The notes below the pieces were generated by a model. The model saw only the letters and a list, made by a program, of their open reading frames with translations. It was not told the origin of the DNA and did not search any database. Of a stretch of DNA of 64,000 bases, positions 37,953 to 47,684 are shown piece after piece. The stretch is from Calditrichota bacterium (GTDB taxonomy: Bacteria; Electryoneota; AABM5-125-24; Hatepunaeales; Hatepunaeaceae), in assembly GCA_018644935.1 (NCBI GenBank), contig JABGPL010000002.1:20139-84138 (forward strand), written 5' to 3'. The position numbers and the translations under genes were made by a program. The number at the start of each line of letters is the position of its first letter. Position 1 is the stretch's first letter.

Positions 37953-38297
37953 ATGTTCTATTCAATAATTGCCATGGCACCTGCAGGTGGTGGCGCAGCT
38001 GGTGGTGGAGGGAGTTCATTCCTGACATTCCTCCCTATGATTCTGATCTTCGGAATCCTTTACCTGTTTCTTCTTCGCCCCCAGGCCAAAAGGCAAAAAC
38101 AACAGCAGAATATGCTCAATGCCCTGGAAAAAGGTGACAAGATTGTAACGAATGGTGGAATGCATGCTACTGTCGTTAATGTCAATGAGAAGGACAATAC
38201 GCTTCTCGTGAAAATTGCAGATAACGTCAAAGTCGAGATTGAACGAGGTGCTGTTGCACGAAAGATACCCACGGGCGGGGCTCCAATAAAGGCGTAG
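37953..38297 (+). CDS. yajC: Preprotein translocase subunit YajC
   Basis: YLFLLRPQ.KRQK and L.KGDKIVT.GG motifs. Confidence 0.93.
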   Translation: MFYSIIAMAPAGGGAAGGGGSSFLTFLPMILIFGILYLFLLRPQAKRQKQQQNMLNALEKGDKIVTNGGMHATVVNVNEKDNTLLVKIADNVKVEIERGAVARKIPTGGAPIKA

Positions 38298-38299
38298 CT

Positions 38300-39223
38300 T
38301 TGAAAGTGGTATTTATGGGGACGCCGCAGTTTGCCGTCCCGACGCTCACAGCATTAATGAGAAGTAAGCACGAAGTCTGTCTGGTTGTTACCGGCCCGGA
38401 TAAGCGTGCTGGACGTTCACTGAAGGTGACAACCACTCCGGTTAAAAGAATGGCTGAGGAATTGGAACTCCCAATTCTACAGCCGATTGATTTTAAAAAT
38501 CCAGATTTTTTGGCACAATTATCAGAAGCTAGCCCGGATTTGTGTGTGGTTGTAGCGTTTAAAATTCTCCCGTTGGCAGTTTTGGAAATTCCGAAATTCG
38601 GCTGTGTTAATCTGCATCCGTCTATGCTGCCGGATTTGAGAGGAGCCGCCCCTATAAATTGGGCCTTGATGAATGGATATACTTCCACGGGAATGACAAC
38701 GTTCCTGATAGAAAAACGTGTCGATGCAGGAGGTATCTTGATTCAGGAACCTGTAGAGATACAACCTGAAGATGATGCCGGATCATTGTCCGAACGTTTA
38801 TCAAAGAATGGTGCTGATCTCATTGTTAGGACAATCGATCTTTTGGAGAAATGCTCAATTACGCCGTGTAAACAGAACGGTAGTGTCACTAAAGCACCCA
38901 AAATTACAATTGAGATTTGTGAACTTGACTGGTCAAAAACAGCTCAACAATTGCATAACCAGATACGAGGGCTGTCCCCTACTCCAAGTGCATTCACACA
39001 TATTAAGAAGAAACGTCTGAAAATTTACAAATCGGTAGTTGTCGATTCTGATTATCAGGGAGAACCTGGAGAAATAATCGGATTTGAAAACGATGTGTTA
39101 ATTGTAGCAACAGGTTCCGGTAAACTTGGCATTATGGACTTGCAGGTTGAAGGAAAACGGCGAATGACATCCTCGGAGTTCCAACGAGGCGCACATAACA
39201 TAATTGGAACTAAGTTTGCATAA
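38300..39223 (+). CDS. fmt: Methionyl-tRNA formyltransferase
   Basis: VFMGTPQFA and NLHPSMLP.LRGAAPINW motifs. Confidence 0.96.
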   Translation: MKVVFMGTPQFAVPTLTALMRSKHEVCLVVTGPDKRAGRSLKVTTTPVKRMAEELELPILQPIDFKNPDFLAQLSEASPDLCVVVAFKILPLAVLEIPKFGCVNLHPSMLPDLRGAAPINWALMNGYTSTGMTTFLIEKRVDAGGILIQEPVEIQPEDDAGSLSERLSKNGADLIVRTIDLLEKCSITPCKQNGSVTKAPKITIEICELDWSKTAQQLHNQIRGLSPTPSAFTHIKKKRLKIYKSVVVDSDYQGEPGEIIGFENDVLIVATGSGKLGIMDLQVEGKRRMTSSEFQRGAHNIIGTKFA

Positions 39224-39269
39224 GATGAGTTTTAGATAGACATGATTAGAAACTTAAGAGAGATTGATT

Positions 39270-39956
39270 ATGCCGTTTATGTTTGATTCAACAATCGTAC
39301 TGCTGATCCCTGCATTGATTCTCGCATTCTGGGCTCAATGGAAGGTAAAGCGTGCGTACCGAAAATACAGTCAGGTGCGCTCCGATTCGGGATTGTCGGG
39401 AGCAGAGGTTGCCAGAAAAATACTTGATATGTTCGGGCTGAATGACGTTGAAGTGATTTCAACAGAGGGTGTACTAAGCGATCACTATAACCCCAAGACT
39501 CGTCAGGTGTGCCTTTCAGAACCGATATATCACACAGATTCAGTTGCAGCACTTGGAATAGCAGCTCATGAAGTTGGCCATGCCATACAGCATGCAAAAG
39601 GATACTATTTCCTACAGCTCAGACATACATTGTTAGCTCCTGCGAACCTTGGATCGACATTGGCTTTTCCACTCTTTCTTATCGGCTTTTTTTTCTCATC
39701 GTTTAGTTGGCTGATGACATTGGGAATAGGGCTTTTTGGATCAGTACTTGCCTTTCAACTTGTTACGTTACCAGTCGAATTTGATGCTTCAAAACGGGCT
39801 CTGGCAAATCTAAGAAGTACAGGTATTTTGGTTGATCGTGAAGTTGGTCAAGCACGAGCGGTCCTTTCAGCAGCGGCACTTACCTACATTGCCGCGGTTA
39901 TAGTGACACTCACACATTTTCTAAGGCTCATTATCCTTAGCTTTGCCCAGGATTGA
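39270..39956 (+). CDS. YugP-like membrane zinc metallopeptidase
   Basis: LSDHYNP, AAHEVGHAIQ, TLPVEFDAS.RA and AAALTY motifs. Confidence 0.9.
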   Translation: MPFMFDSTIVLLIPALILAFWAQWKVKRAYRKYSQVRSDSGLSGAEVARKILDMFGLNDVEVISTEGVLSDHYNPKTRQVCLSEPIYHTDSVAALGIAAHEVGHAIQHAKGYYFLQLRHTLLAPANLGSTLAFPLFLIGFFFSSFSWLMTLGIGLFGSVLAFQLVTLPVEFDASKRALANLRSTGILVDREVGQARAVLSAAALTYIAAVIVTLTHFLRLIILSFAQD

Positions 39957-41439
39957 GATAACATTAATTCAAGCATACAATAGGCAGGACACAATTTCAG
40001 AGGAACACAAAAAAGAAGGAAAAACCTTCAAGCGTCGAGTGAGACCACGCCCTGACCAAAAAAAGCCCAGTTTGTATAAATCTAGAACTGCGGCAACGAA
40101 GAAAGAACGTCCTCCCCTTACGCCTCGCGAAGCCGTAGTTGAGACCTATTCCCGCTGGATAGATAATCATTTCAGAATAGATTTATCTGCACAGAAGACC
40201 ATTGAGAGGTGGGATTGGGAAACTCGTGATCGGGCGTTTTTCCTCGAAATGATTTATGGCATCGTGCGTCAACACAAACGAATTGAGTGGTTGATCAGAA
40301 GATTAGGTGGTCAGAAAGATGTCCCTCATGCCAAGGCATATGCGTGCGCAGCTTCCGGTATCTACCAGATGTTGTTTCTCGACCGTGTTCCTGACTTTGC
40401 GATTGTAGATTCAGCAGTACTAATCGCACGCAGGGCTCATGGTCCCGCAGTTGCAGGTTGGGTGAACGCAATTCTGAGAAGGCTTGGACGAGAACGTGAC
40501 CAGTGGGTTAATGCCAGCCCTGGTTCACAAGATAAGTCGTTTGAATTGTCTATTAAATACAGCTATCCCGCATGGATGCTTGAGCGATGGCTCCGGCAGA
40601 TGCAAAACAAAGAGCTCGAAAATTTCCTGACATGGAATAATAGGCGTCCGCGAATAAACCTGAGAGTTAATCAGCAGAAAACTTCCGTAGCTGAGTTAAA
40701 GGATGTTTTATCTGAAAATGGAATAAGAGCGGATATTTCCGAAATTGATCCGAACTTTCTGGTTATACAACAGACTCGAAATCCGGACACTTTAAAATCA
40801 GTCAAAGATGGTATTGCGACTGTTCAAGACCATGCACAGGGATTAGTCGCCCGATTGGTTCAACCGACCAAAGGGGAGAAAATCCTTGACTTGTGCGCGG
40901 CTCCTGGTGGAAAAGCAGGATACATCGCAGAGATTTGTCCGGAATGTTCAATTATAGCGACAGACAAAGATCCGCTCAGACTTCAATCTGTGGAAAATCT
41001 CATCAGGAGGGTTGGATACTCAAACATAACCACTCTTCCATATGATGAGATTTTAAGCAACCGAAACACCTATGATGCAATTGTAATTGATGCACCCTGT
41101 ACCGGCACTGGAGTATTGGCTCGCAGACCCGATCTCAGATGGCGACGAGACCCGAGCGATGTTAAACGTATGGCGTCCGTTCAGGAACAGATTTTGAGAT
41201 ATGCAGCGAACCGTGTTGGAGCTGGAGGACGGTTGATATACAGCACATGTTCAGTTGAGCCAGAAGAGAATATCGAACTCATCGAAAAGTTTATGGAGGA
41301 TCATCCGACCTTCCGAATTGTAAGTGTAAAAGATCCTGTACTGGAGAAACTAACTGATGACCGTGGTGTATTAAGTAAGATTGGATCTGACATCAAGAGT
41401 GACGGTGTTTTTGCAGTCAGATTAGAGCGGTCAAAATGA
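39943..41439 (+). CDS. rsmB: 16S rRNA m5C967 methyltransferase RsmB (Sun); start uncertain
   Basis: NusB-like N-terminal domain, DLCAAPGGK, DAPCTGTG and YSTCS motifs. Confidence 0.92.
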   Translation: MPRIEITLIQAYNRQDTISEEHKKEGKTFKRRVRPRPDQKKPSLYKSRTAATKKERPPLTPREAVVETYSRWIDNHFRIDLSAQKTIERWDWETRDRAFFLEMIYGIVRQHKRIEWLIRRLGGQKDVPHAKAYACAASGIYQMLFLDRVPDFAIVDSAVLIARRAHGPAVAGWVNAILRRLGRERDQWVNASPGSQDKSFELSIKYSYPAWMLERWLRQMQNKELENFLTWNNRRPRINLRVNQQKTSVAELKDVLSENGIRADISEIDPNFLVIQQTRNPDTLKSVKDGIATVQDHAQGLVARLVQPTKGEKILDLCAAPGGKAGYIAEICPECSIIATDKDPLRLQSVENLIRRVGYSNITTLPYDEILSNRNTYDAIVIDAPCTGTGVLARRPDLRWRRDPSDVKRMASVQEQILRYAANRVGAGGRLIYSTCSVEPEENIELIEKFMEDHPTFRIVSVKDPVLEKLTDDRGVLSKIGSDIKSDGVFAVRLERSK

Positions 41440-42269
41440 ATGCAAGTCTCCGGGATGTCAAAGCGAAAAAAAAGCATGATTGGAGCCTGAAAGGGTTAAC
41501 AACCAGAAAAGGTTTCGTCCGCACAACTAATGCTATTGCAGGATTATTAGTTGTTGTCTTTGCTGCATTCTGGACTATTGCTTTAATTGACCGGATAATA
41601 ATGCCGCTTGTGGTCGCCGGTGGTGTAGAAATTAGTGTTCCTGATTTGAGAGAAATGCCGTTAGCGAGTGCCGAAAAAGTTTGTGATGAAAAAGGAATTG
41701 AACTCGTGCAGGGTGACCGGATGCGAGTGGACAACAGGCATGAAGCAGGTACAGTGGTTGATCAATTTCCTGTTGCGGGATCGCTTGTTAAGCCCGGAAG
41801 ACGTGTGGAAGTTGTTTTGAGTGTCCGGGAGCAGCTGCTGATTTGTCCGGATGTGATGGGAAGATCCCCTCGGGAAGCTGTTTTGATTGCGGATTCAACC
41901 GGGATTGTTGTTCTTTTGGAGAATGTTACTTATCGACATTCCAATGCCTTACCCGAAGGTGTGATAATGTACCAACAACCTCAACCGAATGAGAGAATTT
42001 TGAGGAACAGTGAGTTGAGCTTGACTGTCAGTACCGGAACAAAGCCGGAAAAAATTGTTGCACCGGACTTAATCGGTCGTCAGATTTCTGAAATTGATTT
42101 AGTTCTTGCCAAATTTGAGTTAAAGTTAGGGCAGGTTTCCCGGTATCCGCAAAAGTCATCCCGAGAGGGAATTATACTTGAGCAAACCCCAAAAAGTGGT
42201 ACTGCAATGGTCTCCGGGCAGAGAATAGATCTTAAAATTGCGGTGTCTCCGTCTAAGAAAGGTGGTTAG
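41436..42269 (+). CDS. PASTA-domain membrane protein
   Basis: One TM helix then three PASTA repeats (VPDL, CPDVMG, APDLIG...Q.P..G); located before rpe. Confidence 0.88.
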   Translation: MNASLRDVKAKKKHDWSLKGLTTRKGFVRTTNAIAGLLVVVFAAFWTIALIDRIIMPLVVAGGVEISVPDLREMPLASAEKVCDEKGIELVQGDRMRVDNRHEAGTVVDQFPVAGSLVKPGRRVEVVLSVREQLLICPDVMGRSPREAVLIADSTGIVVLLENVTYRHSNALPEGVIMYQQPQPNERILRNSELSLTVSTGTKPEKIVAPDLIGRQISEIDLVLAKFELKLGQVSRYPQKSSREGIILEQTPKSGTAMVSGQRIDLKIAVSPSKKGG

Positions 42270-42275
42270 AAGTTC

Positions 42276-42944
42276 ATGCAAAAAGCGATAAACATATCCC
42301 CAAGCTTGTTGAGTGCAGACATGGCGCGACTGGCAGAGGCTGTTGAAATTGTTGCGGGAGATGCCGACTACATACACTGTGATGTGATGGATGATCATTT
42401 TGTTCCAAATCTGACCTTTGGTCCTCCGGTCATTGCTGCTGTGAAAAGGCTGAACCTCATAAAACTGGATGTTCACTTGATGATCGAATCTCCCGGCAGA
42501 CGGATAGAGGATTATCTGAAAGCTGGTCTTGACAAGGATGATTTTCTGGTCTTTCATTTTGAAGCAGAACCCGATTCGGAAAAATATTTAAAACTCATTC
42601 GGAACGCAGGAGTGAGGCCGGGTATTTCAATAAAGCCGGGAACACCTTTTGAAAATGTTAAAGATATCTTCCATCTCTGTGATCAGGTTCTCATCATGAC
42701 CGTAGAACCGGGTTTTGGTGGTCAGAAGTTTATGGAGGACATGATGTCAAAAGTCTCTGCTGCAAGAAAACTCGCAAAACCACACCAGATTATCGCAGTT
42801 GACGGTGGTGTTGATATAAATACCGCTCGAATTGTGGTCAAGGCTGGAGCAGATTTGCTTGTTGCCGGCAGCGCAATATACGGTAAAGACGATCCCGCGA
42901 AGGCAATTGTGGATATAAGGAAATCAGTGACTGACATAAGTTGA
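42276..42944 (+). CDS. rpe: Ribulose-phosphate 3-epimerase
   Basis: SPSLLSAD, HCDVMD.HFVPNLTFG, MTVEPGFGGQ and VDGG motifs. Confidence 0.96.
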   Translation: MQKAINISPSLLSADMARLAEAVEIVAGDADYIHCDVMDDHFVPNLTFGPPVIAAVKRLNLIKLDVHLMIESPGRRIEDYLKAGLDKDDFLVFHFEAEPDSEKYLKLIRNAGVRPGISIKPGTPFENVKDIFHLCDQVLIMTVEPGFGGQKFMEDMMSKVSAARKLAKPHQIIAVDGGVDINTARIVVKAGADLLVAGSAIYGKDDPAKAIVDIRKSVTDIS

Positions 42945-43049
42945 TTTTTTACTTCCTTTGAAGTAATTTTTAAGATTATATTTTTTTAGACATCTCCGGT
43001 AAAAGTGCAATGCACCTCAGACCACTGATTTCAATTCAGGTTTACGTTT

Positions 43050-45671
43050 TTGAAGCCATTGTCACCAGTTAAAAATAGAGGGATAACCCTCGGCTCTTTC
43101 TTGTTGGTTCTGCTCATTACAGCGGGATCAATACAGGTGTGCTACGCCTCAATTAGGAGCCTCAGCAGCTCTTTACCAGGCAAATCGATAGTTTTAGAAG
43201 ATCGGGGACGCTGGTCAGTTGGTCCTGATGATCATTTCATTGATTTGGCCGGGAAATGGGGTCTTGTTGTCGGAGATAGAGCGGAGTCAGATAGCGTAAG
43301 GCTGCCCTTTGTCTGGGATGACTGGGAAGGGGTAATTGAGATATCTCGCAGTTTTTATCTTCCTCAGGATTATATTGATTACAGGTGGAAACTTGTAATA
43401 GATGGAGCCTCCCAAGCTGTCAAGATTGCCCTCAATGGCGTTAATCTGGACACACGACGAAGCGATGATGCTTCATTTCAATTAGACCTTAATCCACGAA
43501 CCCTACGCTTTGATCCAAAGCAAAATCACATCTCGATTAGACTAAGCAATCGACTGGACAATTTCCATTCACCACCATTAAGAGGCAGCATCTTTTCGCG
43601 TAGACGTTATGGTGGGATTGCGAGAGGCGTGTATCTTGTGGCATCTCCCTATGCGCAGATAATAGACCTCAGCGCAAAATGGGTAGCCGGGAAACCTGAT
43701 CGGAATAATTTTGTTGAAATAGAATTGGAAATGCGGGAGTCACCCAATTCTGCCGGGATTGAAGGCAATGATTCACCTGAATATAAGTATCAGATCCAAC
43801 TCCTGAATTCATCTGGTGGTGTTGCATACACAACTGATACAACGCGTCTGATATTTCCTGAGAGAAAAATCAGTAAAAAGGTGATCCGTATCCCATATCC
43901 GGACATTAATCCTTGGGAGATAAGCGGTACCCCGGATATTTACACCGCTCAAGCAACATTAATACGTCCGGATGGCTTGCACAGATCGTCTGCAATATTT
44001 GGAGCACTGACCTTAGACCTGGATGAAAAAGGATTCAAGGTAAATAATGTCCGAAGGAAACTGAAATGCATTTCCTACCTGAACGCGGACCCAAATTATG
44101 GAAATGCTTCGCCGAGTGAATTGGTTGCAATGGATTTAAAGCTGATCAAAGAACTAGGCATTGATGCGATTCGGGTTGCACAGGGCACTGCCACTCCAGA
44201 CATGTTGAACTTATGCGACCATATGGGTCTGCTGGTCTTTACAGAATTACCGGTTTTTCAAGTGCCGGACGACATCCTCGGGGATGAGGATTTTATTAAC
44301 TCCGCTGCTGGTCAGATGGAGGAGTTAATCAGGCGCGACCGGAGATTTACCTGCATCGCCGGATGGGGTATTGGCTCAGAGATAAATCCTCCGAATTCAA
44401 CAAACGGGAGATTTTATTCTACCTTGACGGATTTGGTTCATCAGCTTGATGATCGGCCTGTATATGCAGCAATTCCATTTTCTGAAACATTCAGAGCGGC
44501 ACCTCTTGATTTGGTGATTCTTGAGTTGACTAAATATAGTCCTTATCTGGATCACGAGTTGCCGAGTGTAATTGATGGTGATCGTCCCGCGATACTTGGT
44601 GGAATCAAACGAACAATAATGCCCGGCAACATCGGTGGATGGGAAGACCCAACTTCAGAAGCCGGACAGGCGAAATTCATCGTCGATAAAGTAAGACAGG
44701 CTGGAAACCTTGACTGGTGCATTGGAATTGTTACAGGTGATTTTGGTGATTGGATGGGTATGATTCCCTCAATCTCGGGACCATTTCATGGTTCGCACGA
44801 GAAATATGCTACCGGTCTCGTAACACCAGGACGGTTGACCAGACCTGCATATCAGCGTTTAAAGGAATTCTGGGCTTCCAGATCGGCAGAGCCATTATCA
44901 CGTGGTATGTATAGTGGAGGAGAACCTGCACTTTTGTTGGTCTTCGGGATCTTTCTGATCTTTGTTCTCCTTGCTGCCATGCGCCAGAATAATATTTTCA
45001 GGTTCAACCTGATGCGTACTTTTACCTCACCAAGAGGATTCTTTCAAGATATAAGCGATTTTAGATATTTCCAGAGTGGTCATACTCTGCTTTTGACAGT
45101 TCTAATATCAGGGGGACTTGGACTTGTAGGGGCAAGTTGGCTGCATGCTCATCGAGAAAGCTATGCCGTAGACTGGTTTTTTGGATATATTCTGAGTTCA
45201 ACGGATCTCATCGGATGGGTAGGATCTGTTTTCTGGCAGCCGTTCAGAGCATTTTTATTTTGCTGGTTGGTCACCTTTGTTCTGGTATGGATAGGGGCAT
45301 TTCAATCTTCTATCATCTCCTCGTTGTTTGTCAGAAAGAGGACTTTTATCCAGAGCTTTGATTATGTGGTTTGGGCTGGAGCACCGATGCTTATTTTACT
45401 GCCACTTGGCAGTATTGCAGCGAGACTATATTCTCGTAATGCCGACATTCTCTTAAACAGTCTGGTTACATTTCTCATATTCTGGTCATTGTCGCGCTTG
45501 ATATGGGTATATAAGCACCATATTCGAAGGTCAATTGGTGTTGTAGTGGTGCTTTGGATTGGACCTCCGTTTGTGTTTGTAGTGGGCTGTCTGATTGCTC
45601 TTGATTATTTGAGGTCATTCAGTTCATATTGGGATTTTATAGGTAGTACAATTGTTCAGGGATTTTTTTAA
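43050..45671 (+). CDS. GH2-like (TIM barrel) extracytoplasmic domain fused to a C-terminal multi-pass membrane domain
   Basis: DLAGKW, YGGIARGVYL, DLKLIKELGIDAIR, LCDHMGLLVFTE and WGIGSE motifs; about six hydrophobic helices at the C-terminus. Confidence 0.75.
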   Translation: MKPLSPVKNRGITLGSFLLVLLITAGSIQVCYASIRSLSSSLPGKSIVLEDRGRWSVGPDDHFIDLAGKWGLVVGDRAESDSVRLPFVWDDWEGVIEISRSFYLPQDYIDYRWKLVIDGASQAVKIALNGVNLDTRRSDDASFQLDLNPRTLRFDPKQNHISIRLSNRLDNFHSPPLRGSIFSRRRYGGIARGVYLVASPYAQIIDLSAKWVAGKPDRNNFVEIELEMRESPNSAGIEGNDSPEYKYQIQLLNSSGGVAYTTDTTRLIFPERKISKKVIRIPYPDINPWEISGTPDIYTAQATLIRPDGLHRSSAIFGALTLDLDEKGFKVNNVRRKLKCISYLNADPNYGNASPSELVAMDLKLIKELGIDAIRVAQGTATPDMLNLCDHMGLLVFTELPVFQVPDDILGDEDFINSAAGQMEELIRRDRRFTCIAGWGIGSEINPPNSTNGRFYSTLTDLVHQLDDRPVYAAIPFSETFRAAPLDLVILELTKYSPYLDHELPSVIDGDRPAILGGIKRTIMPGNIGGWEDPTSEAGQAKFIVDKVRQAGNLDWCIGIVTGDFGDWMGMIPSISGPFHGSHEKYATGLVTPGRLTRPAYQRLKEFWASRSAEPLSRGMYSGGEPALLLVFGIFLIFVLLAAMRQNNIFRFNLMRTFTSPRGFFQDISDFRYFQSGHTLLLTVLISGGLGLVGASWLHAHRESYAVDWFFGYILSSTDLIGWVGSVFWQPFRAFLFCWLVTFVLVWIGAFQSSIISSLFVRKRTFIQSFDYVVWAGAPMLILLPLGSIAARLYSRNADILLNSLVTFLIFWSLSRLIWVYKHHIRRSIGVVVVLWIGPPFVFVVGCLIALDYLRSFSSYWDFIGSTIVQGFF

Positions 45672-45683
45672 GAGGGTAGATAT

Positions 45684-47171
45684 ATGAAATCATCGCAACT
45701 TAAAACAGGTGCCGACAGGATAGTTTCGACAGCATTAACTTTTGATGATGTTTTAATTCTTCCGGCACGTTCAGCCGTTCTTCCGCGAGAGGTTAGGCTG
45801 GCTTCGTATGTAACAAGGGGGTTGAAAATAAATATTCCCTTTATTAGTGCTGCAATGGACACGGTAACAGAATGGTTGCTGGCAATAGCGATAGCCCGAG
45901 AGGGCGGATTAGGAGTTATCCATAAGATGCTGTCGATTGAAGATCAGGCTGCACAGGTTACTAAAGTTAAAAGGTCAGAGAGCTTTACCATTCACAATCC
46001 AATTACAACACGCTCAGATTTACCATTGTCGCATGTCCATAGTGTCATGCACAAACACAATATTTCTGGTATACCAGTTGTAGATGGCGATGAATTGGTA
46101 GGTATGATAACTCATCGTGATATCAGGTTTACTGAAGATGTTACTCGTCCGGTTTCTGAGTATATGACCAAACAGCCACTTATTACTGCGCCGATTGGAA
46201 CAACTGTTGAACAGGCATGGGATATTTTTCAGGACAAGAGAATAGAAAAGCTTCCAGTTGTTGATGAAAACAAACGTCTCGTTGGGTTGATAACGGCTAA
46301 GGACATACAAAAAAAGAGGCAGTTTCCTAATGCATGCATGGATGATAAGGGAAGGCTATGTGTTGGTGCTGCAGTAGGGGTATCCGCTGAAACTATGGCG
46401 CGAGTGGAAGCACTCGTGAAGGCAGAAGCTGATTTGATTGTAGTTGATACAGCACACGGACATTCCGAAGGTGTACTTAGAACTGTTCGTGGAATTAGAG
46501 ATAATTTCCCAGACATTCAGATATTAGCTGGAAATGTGGCAACCGCTGATGGAGCTAAGGACCTCGTTGAAGCTGGGGTAGATGGTGTGAAAGTTGGGAT
46601 TGGAGCAGGCGCGATTTGCACAACCAGAGTGATTGCCGGCATAGGCGTTCCACAGGTTTCAGCCGTGATGGATTGTTCAGATGCACTTGCAGGAACAGGT
46701 ATACCGATTGTAGCCGATGGCGGAACCAGATATTCCGGTGATATAGCAAAGGCACTTGCTGCCGGTGCAAGCTCGGTTATGCTCGGTTCACTCTTTGCTG
46801 GTGTAGAAGAGGCTCCAGGTGAAACGGAATTGTGGGAAGGAAGAACCTACAAGGTGTTTTACGGTATGGGCTCGCTAGCTGCCATGAAGAAAGGGTCGGC
46901 CGACAGATACTTTCAGGAAGGGGCAGAACCAGATAAACTCGTTCCTGAGGGAATTGAAGGAAGAGTTCCTTTTAAAGGCAAATTAGCCGATACGATTCAC
47001 CAGTTGACAGGTGGACTTCGATCGGCTATGGGATACTGTGGTTGTCCCGATATCGAGAGCTTCAAAACCAAAACACGTTTTATACGAATGACTGCCGCTG
47101 GTATCCGCGAGAGTCATCCGCATGACGTCGTGATTAATAAGGAAGCACCAAATTATCAGGTAAAACTATAA
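45684..47171 (+). CDS. guaB: IMP dehydrogenase
   Basis: [18 protein letters not shown] pair, [11 protein letters not shown] and YGMGS motifs. Confidence 0.97.
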   Translation: MKSSQLKTGADRIVSTALTFDDVLILPARSAVLPREVRLASYVTRGLKINIPFISAAMDTVTEWLLAIAIAREGGLGVIHKMLSIEDQAAQVTKVKRSESFTIHNPITTRSDLPLSHVHSVMHKHNISGIPVVDGDELVGMITHRDIRFTEDVTRPVSEYMTKQPLITAPIGTTVEQAWDIFQDKRIEKLPVVDENKRLVGLITAKDIQKKRQFPNACMDDKGRLCVGAAVGVSAETMARVEALVKAEADLIVVDTAHGHSEGVLRTVRGIRDNFPDIQILAGNVATADGAKDLVEAGVDGVKVGIGAGAICTTRVIAGIGVPQVSAVMDCSDALAGTGIPIVADGGTRYSGDIAKALAAGASSVMLGSLFAGVEEAPGETELWEGRTYKVFYGMGSLAAMKKGSADRYFQEGAEPDKLVPEGIEGRVPFKGKLADTIHQLTGGLRSAMGYCGCPDIESFKTKTRFIRMTAAGIRESHPHDVVINKEAPNYQVKL

Positions 47172-47190
47172 ATGTTTTACGCTGAAATTG

Positions 47191-47448
47191 TTAGCTTGCC
47201 TGGCTTGCGACAAATTTTGAAAGACGAGATTTGCGACGCGAGGCTGTTTTGCGATGTACAACACCTTTGCTGACAAGTCTATCCAGAATCGCGCAAGCAC
47301 TTCTCAGGTTTTCCTGACGTGCTTCAGAGTTCTCGGATTCTCTTAACTTGCGGATTGAATTGCGCATTTTAGTGCGAAATTGACGGTTTCGTTCGTTAGC
47401 TTTGCGACTGGTTTTGATTCGCTTAAGTGCTGACTTATGATGTGCCAT
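47191..47448 (-). CDS. rpsT: 30S ribosomal protein S20
   Basis: HHKSALKR and KGVVHRKTASRRKSRL motifs. Confidence 0.95.
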   Translation of the reverse strand: MAHHKSALKRIKTSRKANERNRQFRTKMRNSIRKLRESENSEARQENLRSACAILDRLVSKGVVHRKTASRRKSRLSKFVASQAS

Positions 47449-47684
47449 TGAAATTGCCTTTACTTGTTTTCAAACTTTATGTCTTTGACCGGATATGCAA
47501 TCCCGTGCATGTCACATTAGTATCTGTAGATTGATACATAAGAACTTCGGGAAAATAGCTTGCCAGTAAATTGACTTTTACTTGAGCTTTCTAATTTATC
47601 CATTTATTTTCGTTAAGTCAAGAGGTGTTTTTAATTTCCTCAAATCATACATACGATTGTAAGCAATATCCGCGGAGGTTTTGG

